DNA of 64,000 nt from an uncultured archaeon (GTDB taxonomy: Archaea > Altiarchaeota > Altiarchaeia > JAFGQM01). The notes beneath the pieces were generated by a model, which saw only the letters and a program-made list of their open reading frames with translations, did not search any database and was not told where the DNA came from. The position numbers and the translations under genes are program-made. Positions 20,653-29,966 of the stretch are shown here, piece after piece. The stretch spans positions 78,737 to 142,736 of the forward strand of contig CAZQBY010000001.1 in the NCBI GenBank assembly GCA_964592405.1. The letters run 5' to 3'. Positions within the stretch are counted from its first letter, which is position 1; the number at the start of each line of letters is the position of its first letter.

Positions 20653-21531
20653 CTATTTCCCCTCTTCTTGCTCCTTTTCCACTTCCTGGAGGAAAAGCAG
20701 ATCATCAGTCTTGATAACCCCTCCCTTCCTAAGCTCTGATAACAAATCTATTTCCTTGGCTGCTTGTTCCTTCTTTAGATTCTTGCTCCTGACCTTTCTC
20801 TCCTGAATGCGTTTTATGCCGAGGCGCTTCTCTTCAGCCCTGAGCTCATTGAGGATTTCCACAAACCTCTTGTGGGCATCTTCGACTTTCTTCTTGATAG
20901 CTAGGAACTCCTCCTCAGCTTTCTTGGCCTTCTTTCGTTTGTTGTCGACCCTCTTGTAGATTTCATGCATCTCTATATGGGCTTTCTCACCCTCATCAGA
21001 ACTTTCCAAGAGCTTTTTGTGATATGAATCAGCTTTTTTTCTTGTTTCTTTAAGCTCCTTCTCAAGTTTACTTATCTCCTCCCCTACAGGATTCAGCAAC
21101 TCATATTCCCTTAGCCTAATTTCGAGCTCTTCGAGTCGCTTCACCATGGCGGTTTCCTTGTCTTTTGGAAGAGGTGAGGTCTGGATTTTCCAGTTGAGCT
21201 TCTCATAGTCGGATTTGAGCCTCTCATACTCGCGCCTAGATGGCAACCCCCTGCTCTGGTTTTTGAGCTCGCCCAGCTTCTTGCCCAGTTCAGCCATTCT
21301 TGAATTGGCTTTATCTCGATTCTTTTTGTATTCAGACACCCGCTTGTTCGCTGCATCCCTAATCTCCTTCTGTTTTCTGGCTTCCTTCAATAATTTGTCT
21401 ATCTCATTATAAAGCCCCATTACACTATCCCTCTTTGACTTGAGCTTGGCATTGAGCCCATCCCTTACCTTCTTGGCCTCCTTGACCTTGTTGCGAAGCT
21501 CCTCTAATTTCTTATTTTCATTAGAAACCAT
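20653..21531 (-). CDS. Archaeal coiled-coil protein (COG1340-like)
   Basis: Long heptad protein with RDxxN repeats, LNWKIQT and a C-terminal TDDLLFLQ motif. Confidence 0.8.
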   Translation of the reverse strand: MVSNENKKLEELRNKVKEAKKVRDGLNAKLKSKRDSVMGLYNEIDKLLKEARKQKEIRDAANKRVSEYKKNRDKANSRMAELGKKLGELKNQSRGLPSRREYERLKSDYEKLNWKIQTSPLPKDKETAMVKRLEELEIRLREYELLNPVGEEISKLEKELKETRKKADSYHKKLLESSDEGEKAHIEMHEIYKRVDNKRKKAKKAEEEFLAIKKKVEDAHKRFVEILNELRAEEKRLGIKRIQERKVRSKNLKKEQAAKEIDLLSELRKGGVIKTDDLLFLQEVEKEQEEGK

Positions 21532-21616
21532 CTCTTCGTTTAACCTGATATAACCCTGATATGTGGGTTATCTGAAATAGTGCATATGAAAAATAATTAT
21601 TGAATTATGCTATACC

Positions 21617-21958
21617 CTATCTTCTTTTCTCCACTACCACTGCTGTCCCATAAGCTATGAACTCAACTATGTCAGACTTGAACGTCAGGGCGGTCAGATT
21701 GACGCCAATAAGACCGTTTGCACCCATCTTCTTTGCAGCCTGTATCATGCGGTCAACACTTACTCTGCGGGCTTCCATGGCCATGTTCTGTAACTCCGGG
21801 ACATTACCTCCCTTGAAACTGCGCAGGAGGGCTACAATATTCCCGCTGGCACCTCTTGACTTGACTTCACTGCCCCACGCCATGCCCAAGACCTTCTTGA
21901 GTTTATATCCATCCGGCACGTCTGTGGTGCATAGCAAAAAATTGCCTTCTTTGGCCAT
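21617..21958 (-). CDS. YbjQ/UPF0145 family protein
   Basis: LCTTDVPDG, GANGLIGV, AYGTAV; start moved to ATG 21958. Confidence 0.88.
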   Translation of the reverse strand: MAKEGNFLLCTTDVPDGYKLKKVLGMAWGSEVKSRGASGNIVALLRSFKGGNVPELQNMAMEARRVSVDRMIQAAKKMGANGLIGVNLTALTFKSDIVEFIAYGTAVVVEKRR

Positions 21959-21996
21959 GTTCGCTTTTATTTTGAAAGGATGTAAATAAAAGGCCA

Positions 21997-22947
21997 ATGG
22001 AACTGGAAACGCCGTGGGTGGAGAAATATCGTCCGAAGAAGATATCTGAGGTGGCCGGTCATGATGAGATAAAGAAGAGACTTCAGGTCTACGCCAGGGA
22101 GTGTTCAATGCCGCATCTGCTGTTTGCCGGTCCGGCAGGTACTGGAAAGACAACTTCGGCCCTTGCCTTGGCTAATGAGCTTTTCTCCGGGCAACTGGAT
22201 GGCAATTTCCTGGAGCTGAATGCTTCAGATGATCGTGGCATAGATGTCGTGAGAAACAAGATAAAAGACTTTGCACGGACCATGAGTCTTGGTGCAATAC
22301 CCTTCAAGATAATTTTTTTGGATGAGGCAGATGCCCTCACTCCGGAAGCCCAGAATGCATTGAGAAGGACTATGGAGCGCTACACCCGCACGTGTCGTTT
22401 CATACTGAGCTGTAACTATTCCAGTAAGATAATTGCACCGGTTCAGTCGAGATGCGCGCTTTTCAGATTCACAAGAATAGGAGATGATATAATGGAGGAA
22501 AGGCTCAGATGGATAGCCGATAAAGAGGGCCTAAAATATGACAACGACGGCCTAAAGGCCATTCTCTATATCTCAGAGGGCGATATGCGCTATGCAATAA
22601 ATGTCCTACAGTCCACAGCGGCTGTGGCTAAGTCCATAACGAAGGAGGAGGTCTTCAATATCGCTTCCCGTGCAAAACCTGAACTGGTAAGGAAGATGAT
22701 GATGCTTGCTATGGGCGGAAAGTTCGTGGAAGCGCGCAGCATATTGGACGACCTGCTCATAAACCGCTCGATATCGGGCGAGGAGATACTCCTCCAGATG
22801 CACAAGGAGATAGAAAACCTGGACGTGCCGAACGAGAAGAAGCTGGCGCTTGTCAACCTAATCGGCGAATACAACTTCCGCCTGGTGGAGGGGGCGAACG
22901 AGAAGATACAGCTGGACGCGCTCGCGGCGCAGATGGCTATGATCTAG
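21997..22947 (+). CDS. rfcS: Replication factor C small subunit
   Basis: PWVEKYRP, GPAGTGKT, ELNASDDRG, LDEAD, SRC. Confidence 0.97.
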   Translation: MELETPWVEKYRPKKISEVAGHDEIKKRLQVYARECSMPHLLFAGPAGTGKTTSALALANELFSGQLDGNFLELNASDDRGIDVVRNKIKDFARTMSLGAIPFKIIFLDEADALTPEAQNALRRTMERYTRTCRFILSCNYSSKIIAPVQSRCALFRFTRIGDDIMEERLRWIADKEGLKYDNDGLKAILYISEGDMRYAINVLQSTAAVAKSITKEEVFNIASRAKPELVRKMMMLAMGGKFVEARSILDDLLINRSISGEEILLQMHKEIENLDVPNEKKLALVNLIGEYNFRLVEGANEKIQLDALAAQMAMI

Positions 22948-23009
22948 ATGCTGACCGGGAGTCAAAAAGCAGGCTGAAATAACAGGACCCAAGACCCAAA
23001 ACCGGGGAC

Positions 23010-23642
23010 CTAATCTACATAACCCTTCATCAGAAGCCTGCCCAGCAGCGAGAGCGTGACCTCCACACGACCCTTCTTGTTTATAGTCTCCACGAGAGCC
23101 ATGTCCTTGAGGCCTTCGGACTTCGGGTTGCCATTTATGTGGTAGGAGACCAGCGGGAGGCTCATGCCGCACTTCTTGCTGAGCTGCTCCAGCGACGAGC
23201 AGCAGTCCTTCTCCCTGTAGAGCGTTTCCAGTATCTTCATCTTCCTGTCGGTGATGAGCTTGTAGTATGAAAACTTGAGCACGGGCAGCATGGAGACCTT
23301 CCCGTCCATGACGGAGAAGGCCTTCAGCCCGTTGACGAAGGCGGCTGAAGTCATCGCGCAGCGCGTTATCTTGTCGCCTGTCGAGACGTTTATCAGCAGG
23401 TCCTTTCCCTCATTGGCCTTCCTGATGCCGTGCACGACCTTGAACGTGTCCTCCCAGACGTTGTCCCTCGTCTCTATGATATTCACCGGGATCTTGAACC
23501 TGCCCAGCGCCTCTCGGGTCTTCTCCGCCGCGTCGCCCTTGCCGGGATAGTTTATCAGAATCACCTTCTCCGTCGAGAACTCGCGCACGGCTACGAAAAG
23601 GTCGTCCATGCTCTCACCGACCGCGGCGACGATAATCGACAT
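23010..23642 (-). CDS. CARF-like/wHTH transcriptional regulator (HFX_2341-like)
   Basis: N-terminal Rossmann-like INVSTG motif; C-terminal HTH SLEQLSKKCGMSLPLVSYH. Confidence 0.75.
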   Translation of the reverse strand: MSIIVAAVGESMDDLFVAVREFSTEKVILINYPGKGDAAEKTREALGRFKIPVNIIETRDNVWEDTFKVVHGIRKANEGKDLLINVSTGDKITRCAMTSAAFVNGLKAFSVMDGKVSMLPVLKFSYYKLITDRKMKILETLYREKDCCSSLEQLSKKCGMSLPLVSYHINGNPKSEGLKDMALVETINKKGRVEVTLSLLGRLLMKGYVD

Positions 23643-23773
23643 CCTATTTAAAGAAGAAATTTAATTTTAAACCCTATGTTTAAGCGGACTGAAATATAAA
23701 TATCGCAAACAGGGAGGTTTAAAACTCTCTTTTTTAATCAGGACCCCTAAAATTACCCGGGTGAATATCCAAA

Positions 23774-24004
23774 ATGAACATAACAGTGTACTCGACGCCG
23801 ACTTGCCCTTACTGCAAGATGGTGAAGGAGTACCTAACCGAGAAGAAGGTGGAGTTCAAGGACGTGAACGTGGCTGCTGACAAGGCGAAGGCGCAGGAGA
23901 TGATTGACAAATCTGGGCAGATGGGGGTGCCGGTCATCGACATCGACGGCCAGATAATCATCGGCTTCGACAAGGCCGCGCTGGAGAAAAAGCTGGCCGG
24001 ATGA
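23774..24004 (+). CDS. Glutaredoxin/NrdH-like redoxin
   Basis: YSTPTCPYC, GQMGVPV, IIGFD. Confidence 0.93.
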   Translation: MNITVYSTPTCPYCKMVKEYLTEKKVEFKDVNVAADKAKAQEMIDKSGQMGVPVIDIDGQIIIGFDKAALEKKLAG

Positions 24005-24906
24005 TCTACGACCTCGTCATCGTGGGGGGCGGACCGGCGGGCCTCAGTGCCGCCATCTATGCAGGCAGGTTTAGAATGAAGACCATAGTGCTGGCCCGGG
24101 AACCGGGAGGCACAGTGGTTAATACACATCTGATTGAAAACTGGCCCGGGTTCAAGAGCATCAGTGGTGCGGAGCTGATGGAGAGGCTATCCGACCATGT
24201 CAGGAGTGTGGGCGTGGAGATTAGGCAGGCGGAGGTCAGGGAGATCAGGAAAAAGGCCGGGAACTTCCTGCTCAAGAGCGACGCAGGTGACTTCGAGGCG
24301 AGGTCTGTCCTGCTTGCTACAGGTACAAAGCACCGCAAGCTGGGCGTGCCCGGAGAAAAGGAGTTCTATGGCAGGGGCGTGAGCTACTGCGCCGTCTGCG
24401 ATGCCGCCTTTTTTAAAGACAAAATAGTGGCTGTTGTGGGGGGCAGCGATTCCGCCGCAAAAGAGGCCCTTTTCCTAAGTAGATATGTCAAGAAGGTTTA
24501 TATAATCTATAGAAGAGAGAAAATACGCGCAGAGCCCATAAACACCGAGCGCGTGGAGGCCAACAGGAAGATCGAAGTAATAAACAACACGAACGTCCTA
24601 GAGATAAGGGGAGACAAGTTCGTGCAGTCAGTCGTGCTTGACAAGCCCTACAAGGGCAGCAGGGAGCTCAAGCTGGACGGCGTGTTCATTGAGATAGGCC
24701 ACGACCCGCAGAGCGAGCTGGCGGAGGGGCTTGGCATCAAGCTGGACAAGGCCGGGGAAATCGTCATAGGCCGCGGTTCAGAGACCAACGTCGCGGGCGT
24801 CTATGCCGCGGGCGACGTCACCTCTGGCAGCTTCAAACAGGCGATAACCGGCGCCGCGCAGGGGGTCGTGGCGGCTAAGAGCGCTTACGATTATCTGAAA
24901 AAATGA
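24001..24906 (+). CDS. trxB: Thioredoxin reductase
   Basis: GGGPAG, ATG, CAVCD, GGSDSA, AAGDV. Confidence 0.93.
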   Translation: MIYDLVIVGGGPAGLSAAIYAGRFRMKTIVLAREPGGTVVNTHLIENWPGFKSISGAELMERLSDHVRSVGVEIRQAEVREIRKKAGNFLLKSDAGDFEARSVLLATGTKHRKLGVPGEKEFYGRGVSYCAVCDAAFFKDKIVAVVGGSDSAAKEALFLSRYVKKVYIIYRREKIRAEPINTERVEANRKIEVINNTNVLEIRGDKFVQSVVLDKPYKGSRELKLDGVFIEIGHDPQSELAEGLGIKLDKAGEIVIGRGSETNVAGVYAAGDVTSGSFKQAITGAAQGVVAAKSAYDYLKK

Positions 24907-25538
24907 AGGGTCCGACAGCCTTGGCGGCCATACTTGCGGTAGCGATGCTGTCCGCAGCCTTAGCCAGCATCCACTGCCAGTGCAACAGGCCCGGAGCCGA
25001 GGGTAAGGTAATAGGCTTCGACTGCAGCATAGGTGAGGCCGTGAACCTGAGCTTCTACACGGAATCGGAGCCCGCTCTGGGCCAGAAGTTCGAATTCTGG
25101 GCGATCAAGGAGCTGGAGGGGAATTACGTCCCGGCCAAGAACCTCGACGTTCGCGTGGCTCTCGACTCCCGGGAACTGCTGAATCTCATATCCAATGAAA
25201 ACGGATATCTAAGCTTTACGATCGAGGAAGCCGGGAGCTATGAAATATCGGGCGGAGACGCTGTTTTGAGTTTTGAAGTCGAGGCCGAAGACCCCCAGGA
25301 GCCCTCTTCTAACAGCACCGAGGACATGGTCGATGCAGGCGGCAACGCAAACGATGAGGGCAAGTCTGCCGGAGAAGTGGCCAGCGAAATCCCGCCACCA
25401 GAGCCGAAAAAGCTGGCCAAGACCGAATTCAAAGCCGGTGGGGGAGGTGGACTTCCGTATCTCCTGGTCGCCGCAGCCATTCTCTTTGCGACGGCTTTAA
25501 TCGCCTTGCTGATTAAAAAGAAGAAAATAAACATCTAA
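24903..25538 (+). CDS. Exported protein with C-terminal TM anchor
   Basis: Signal peptide, Ig-like beta region, acidic linker, TM plus KKKK tail. Confidence 0.75.
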   Translation: MKGPTALAAILAVAMLSAALASIHCQCNRPGAEGKVIGFDCSIGEAVNLSFYTESEPALGQKFEFWAIKELEGNYVPAKNLDVRVALDSRELLNLISNENGYLSFTIEEAGSYEISGGDAVLSFEVEAEDPQEPSSNSTEDMVDAGGNANDEGKSAGEVASEIPPPEPKKLAKTEFKAGGGGGLPYLLVAAAILFATALIALLIKKKKINI

Positions 25539-25539
25539 A

Positions 25540-26100
25540 ATGCTGCCGACGGCCAAGGAATTCAGACATCTCAGGAAAAAAGCCGGACTGACGCAGAAGG
25601 AGCTGGCCGAAAGGGCTGGACTCAGCCAATCGCTGATAGCGCGCATAGAGAAGGGGGACATAGATACAAAACTGGGTACTGCGCGCAGAATACTTGATGT
25701 TATACGAGAGTCTGAGGGCTCTAAAGAATCAAGATCCTTGGAAATAAAAGATTATATGGTTTCTCCTGTCATATACTGCAAGGCTTTTGATCCTATAAAG
25801 AGGGTTGTAGCCCTGATGGAGGAAAATGCCATCTCCCAGATGCCGGTCATGGAGGGGGGAAAACCTGTAGGCTCCATAACAGACACGCATCTGGTGCGAA
25901 TACTGGCCAAGAAGGGTGCCCGCTCCTCACGCAGAAAGATATCCTCTGTGATGTCAAAACCGCTCCCGGAGCTAGATATCTCAGCGCCTATGGACCGGGC
26001 TGTGCATCTTCTCACGAAGAGCCCGGCTGTTCTGATAAGGAACGGACCACATATAGCCGGCATTCTGACCAAGGCGGACGTCCTGCAGCTGATGATTTAG
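25540..26100 (+). CDS. XRE-HTH plus CBS-pair regulator (COG3620-like)
   Basis: LTQKELAERAGLSQSLIARIEKG followed by two CBS domains. Confidence 0.9.
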   Translation: MLPTAKEFRHLRKKAGLTQKELAERAGLSQSLIARIEKGDIDTKLGTARRILDVIRESEGSKESRSLEIKDYMVSPVIYCKAFDPIKRVVALMEENAISQMPVMEGGKPVGSITDTHLVRILAKKGARSSRRKISSVMSKPLPELDISAPMDRAVHLLTKSPAVLIRNGPHIAGILTKADVLQLMI

Positions 26101-26558
26101 AGGACCTTTGGGTTTAGTTTGCCGCGCCTTCTTTCCTGGTCTCGCAGGAACTGCTCCCTGAACTGAGGAGCATTCACTATACTCGGCGGGTGGAATTCAA
26201 TCTCGGTTACGTTGCTGACCCTTGACCGTCTTCTTGCCATACTATCACCCAGTCGCCTTCTCCCACTAATTGCTCTACCGCCGATAGGGAGCTCCTTCAC
26301 AGGACCTTCGATTCTGTCATGTATGAGCTCTCCTGGATCGGTACTGATGGCTCTATGTGTGGGTGTCACACCGTTCTTTGACCTCCTGCCGAAATAACTG
26401 CGCCGTCTTCCACCCTCCTCCACATAGAAAGTCACGGGTGCTCCACGCGGAATCATCCAGGCACTCGCAGGAGTATGAATGGAACGTATGTGTTTTCTAG
26501 AGAGAACCGATTTATTCAGAAAAGGATGTTTGGGTTTTTCTGGGGATTTCCTTGGCAT
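26097..26558 (-). CDS. Basic hypothetical protein
   Basis: 153 aa, Arg-rich, no recognised motif. Confidence 0.65.
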   Translation of the reverse strand: MPRKSPEKPKHPFLNKSVLSRKHIRSIHTPASAWMIPRGAPVTFYVEEGGRRRSYFGRRSKNGVTPTHRAISTDPGELIHDRIEGPVKELPIGGRAISGRRRLGDSMARRRSRVSNVTEIEFHPPSIVNAPQFREQFLRDQERRRGKLNPKVL

Positions 26559-26715
26559 TTTTCAATCACTTTAGTCTATACTATTAAAGATATATAAATC
26601 TTGAGAATTCTTGTCCCGGAAAAAACCCCCGGGAAAGTATGCTTTCAAATAGTTGAATTCCGCCCGAAAGCCGCAAAAACGGTTTGATTTTTATACCTAA
26701 TCCCATAATAACCAG

Positions 26716-26763
26716 CAACAACATGTTGTTGTGTTTCGCGCCGAACACCACAATATGTTGTGG
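26716..26763 (+). promoter_or_regulatory. Tandem NrdR boxes
   Basis: CAACAACATGTTGTTG (26716-26731) and CCACAATATGTTGTGG (26748-26763), 32 bp start-to-start, between a TTTTTATA box and the nrdR ATG. Confidence 0.88.
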
Positions 26764-26796
26764 TCTTACACCAATTAGAAGAATCGGGCAATCGAG

Positions 26797-27261
26797 ATGA
26801 AATGTCCGCTCTGTGGATTCTCGGAAACAAGGGTTGTGGATAAACGTGACTCGGCCGAACTTGATGTCACTCGCCGGAGGAGGGAATGTCTGAAATGCCA
26901 CAGAAGGTTCACTACCTATGAGCGCCCAGACATATCCCAGATAATAGTGAGGAAGAAGGATGGGCGTACAGAACCATTTGATAGGGCAAAGGTCCTGCGT
27001 GGTATAGTGCGGGCCTGTGAAAAGCGTCCAATCTCTGTCTCAGTCATGGAAAAGCTGGCGGATGATATCGAATCAGAACTCAGGAAAGACCCTTCTAGAG
27101 AGGTCTACAGCAGGAAGATAGGCCGGCTCGTCATGAAGCGCCTCAAGAAGCTGGATAAGGTTGCATATCTCAGATTTGCATCTGTTTACAGGGAGTTTGA
27201 GGGTATTGATGACTTCGAAAGAGAAGTCAGCAGACTTGTTAGACAACAAATAAGGACCTAG
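26797..27261 (+). CDS. nrdR: Transcriptional repressor NrdR
   Basis: MKCPLCG, RRRRECLKC, RFTTYE, ATP cone, VAYLRFASVY. Confidence 0.97.
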   Translation: MKCPLCGFSETRVVDKRDSAELDVTRRRRECLKCHRRFTTYERPDISQIIVRKKDGRTEPFDRAKVLRGIVRACEKRPISVSVMEKLADDIESELRKDPSREVYSRKIGRLVMKRLKKLDKVAYLRFASVYREFEGIDDFEREVSRLVRQQIRT

Positions 27262-27263
27262 AA

Positions 27264-29348
27264 ATGATGCAGACGAGTGTCAAGAAAATAAGAAAGAGGG
27301 ATGGAAGGATAGTAAAGTTTGACCAAGAGAAGATAACTAATGCCATATTCAAGGCAGCTCAGGCGGTTGGTGGTAGCGACAGAAAACTGGCCGAAAAGCT
27401 TTCTGACAAGGTGGTGGCCCTGTTGGAGGAGGAATATGATGGCCATACCATACCCACGGTAGAGGAAGTGCAGGATTTCGTTGAAAAGGTGCTGATAGAA
27501 TCAGGACACTCCAAGACTGCCAAGGCATATATACTCTATCGGCAGAAACGGGCCGATATAAGGAAAGCCAAGTCCCTCCTTGGCGTGGAGGATGATATAA
27601 AGCTCACATTAAATGCAATAAAGGTCTTGGAGAAGCGATATCTCAAGAAGGATTTTGAGGGAAATGTCATAGAAACTCCCAAGGAAATGTTCCGGAGGGT
27701 CGCCAAGAACATCGCTCAGGCAGATTTGAAGTATGGAGCATCGGAATCAACTGTGCGAAAGACTGAAAAGGCGTTCTATACGATGATGACACGTCTGGAG
27801 TTTCTGCCAAACTCCCCGACCCTGATGAATGCCGGCAGGGATCTGCAACAGTTATCTGCATGCTTTGTCCTTCCGATCGAGGACGATATGGAGAGTATAT
27901 TTGAGGCCCTAAAATACACCGCGCTTATACATAAGAGCGGTGGTGGCACTGGGTTTTCATTCTCCCGTCTCCGACAGGCCGGTGCCAGGGTAAGATCAAC
28001 CAGCGGTGTTGCCTCCGGACCCATATCATTCATGAAGGTCTTCAATGTTGCCACAGAGGTAATAAAACAGGGCGGGACACGAAGGGGTGCCAACATGGCT
28101 ATCCTACGGGTTGATCATCCAGACATATTGGATTTCATTGTGGCCAAGGAGAGGGAAAACTCCCTGAATAACTTCAATATCTCTGTCGGTATAACAGAAA
28201 AGTTTATGCAGGCAGTAGAAAACGATGGGGATTATGAGCTTATTGATCCGCGAACAAAAAAACCGGTCAATACCCTAAGCGCCCGCAGGGTGTTTGATCT
28301 GATTATTACAATGGCTTGGAAGAATGGCGAGCCCGGGATAGTTTTCCTTGACCGCCTTAATAAGGACAACCCAACACCAAGTTTGGGTGAGATAGAGAGT
28401 ACCAATCCCTGTGGAGAGCAGCCGCTTCTTCCATACGAGTCGTGTAATCTTGGTTCCATCAACCTCTCAAAAATGATTTCCTATCATGGGGGCGAGGCAA
28501 AGATAGATTATCCAAAGCTTAGGAAAACTGTAAGAACTGCTGTCCATTTCTTGGATAATGTTATAGATATGAACAACTATCCCCTCTCCGAAATAGCTGA
28601 AATGACACATGCGAACCGAAAGATCGGACTGGGGGTAATGGGGTTCGCTGACATGTTAATAATGCTCAATGTGCCTTATAATTCGGAGGAAGCCATCAGG
28701 ATAGGCGAGGAAGTGATGAAGTTTATTCATGATGAGGGTGTTCTGATGTCGCAGGAACTGGCTAGGGAGAGGGGACCATTCCCCAACTTCAAGGAGAGTA
28801 TCTTCAGAAATGAGGAACCGAGGAGGAACGCAACCATAACCACCATAGCGCCTACAGGCACAATAAGTATAATAGCTGGATGTTCCAGCGGTATTGAGCC
28901 AATATTTGCCATATCCTATGTCAGAAAAAACATCCTTGATCAGGGTGATGAACTGATAGAAGTAAACCCCCTCTTTGAGAGGATTGCTTATGAAAAGGGT
29001 TTTTACAGTGAGGATTTAATGCGTGAGATAGCCACTAAAGGCAGCATCCAGAACATGCATAGGATACCTGAGGATATCCGCCGCATTTTCGTTACTGCAC
29101 ACGATATAACGCCGGAGGACCACATCAGAATGCAGGCCGCCTTCCAGAAGTACACAGACAATGCAGTTAGCAAGACAGTCAATTTCCCAAGTTACGCTAC
29201 GACCCAAGACGTTGAAAAGGTCTATCTATTGGCATACAAACTTGGATGCAAGGGAGTGACCATTTACCGGGACCAGAGCAGAAAGAAGCAGGTTCTTAAT
29301 ATAGTCAGCGAAAAAAGACAAGAAGTTTGTCCAAAGTGCGGAGAATAA
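27264..29348 (+). CDS. nrdJ: Class II (adenosylcobalamin-dependent) ribonucleotide reductase with N-terminal ATP cone
   Basis: PNSPTLMNAG, SACFV, TNPCGEQPL, CNLGSINL, IAPTGTIS, C-terminal CPKC; no beta subunit and cobO is adjacent. Confidence 0.93.
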   Translation: MMQTSVKKIRKRDGRIVKFDQEKITNAIFKAAQAVGGSDRKLAEKLSDKVVALLEEEYDGHTIPTVEEVQDFVEKVLIESGHSKTAKAYILYRQKRADIRKAKSLLGVEDDIKLTLNAIKVLEKRYLKKDFEGNVIETPKEMFRRVAKNIAQADLKYGASESTVRKTEKAFYTMMTRLEFLPNSPTLMNAGRDLQQLSACFVLPIEDDMESIFEALKYTALIHKSGGGTGFSFSRLRQAGARVRSTSGVASGPISFMKVFNVATEVIKQGGTRRGANMAILRVDHPDILDFIVAKERENSLNNFNISVGITEKFMQAVENDGDYELIDPRTKKPVNTLSARRVFDLIITMAWKNGEPGIVFLDRLNKDNPTPSLGEIESTNPCGEQPLLPYESCNLGSINLSKMISYHGGEAKIDYPKLRKTVRTAVHFLDNVIDMNNYPLSEIAEMTHANRKIGLGVMGFADMLIMLNVPYNSEEAIRIGEEVMKFIHDEGVLMSQELARERGPFPNFKESIFRNEEPRRNATITTIAPTGTISIIAGCSSGIEPIFAISYVRKNILDQGDELIEVNPLFERIAYEKGFYSEDLMREIATKGSIQNMHRIPEDIRRIFVTAHDITPEDHIRMQAAFQKYTDNAVSKTVNFPSYATTQDVEKVYLLAYKLGCKGVTIYRDQSRKKQVLNIVSEKRQEVCPKCGE

Positions 29349-29365
29349 ATCACGGGAACCCAGTC

Positions 29366-29929
29366 ATGGAAGGATTGGTAGAGGTTTATACAGGAAATGG
29401 AAAAGGGAAGACAACCACCGCCTTGGGATTGGCGCTCAGGGCAGTTGGTCATGGACTTAGGGTTTGTATGATACAGTTTCTGAAGGGTGCGCACTATCTA
29501 GGCGAGCTTGAATCTGCACGCAGGCTGAAGAACTTCAAGATATTCCAGTTTGGTGCTCCATGCCCGTGGTCCAAGGACATGGAGAAGGGCGTCATACATT
29601 GCGGCTCATGCAGATACTGCTTTAGCATACACAAGGAGGATATCAAAAAATCCCAGATAGGTATGGATTTTGCGCGCGAGGCCACAACATCCGGAGACTT
29701 TGACGTGGTCATCCTTGATGAGATAAATGTTGTCATGGCCAAGAAGATTATTCCAGTTTCAGAAGTTCTTGACCTTATCAGAAGTAAATCTCCGGAGGTT
29801 GAACTGGTTCTGACCGGCAGGGGGGCACCGAGAGAGATAATTGAAATAGCCGACCTGGTTACAGAGATGCGGGAGATAAAGCATCCGATGAAGAAGGGCA
29901 CTATATCAAGGGTCGGGATTGATTTTTGA
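29366..29929 (+). CDS. cobO: Cob(I)alamin adenosyltransferase (CobA/CobO/BtuR)
   Basis: YTGNGKGKTT, IQFLKG, ILDEI, LTGR, ADLVTEM, KHP; start moved to ATG 29366. Confidence 0.93.
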   Translation: MEGLVEVYTGNGKGKTTTALGLALRAVGHGLRVCMIQFLKGAHYLGELESARRLKNFKIFQFGAPCPWSKDMEKGVIHCGSCRYCFSIHKEDIKKSQIGMDFAREATTSGDFDVVILDEINVVMAKKIIPVSEVLDLIRSKSPEVELVLTGRGAPREIIEIADLVTEMREIKHPMKKGTISRVGIDF

Positions 29930-29966
29930 TATTATTGATTTTTGATATTATTTCTATAAAGATATC

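Noticed and set aside
5010-29348. Inteins in mcm, rfcS or nrdJ
   Set aside because: Protein lengths are normal and the conserved motifs are uninterrupted.
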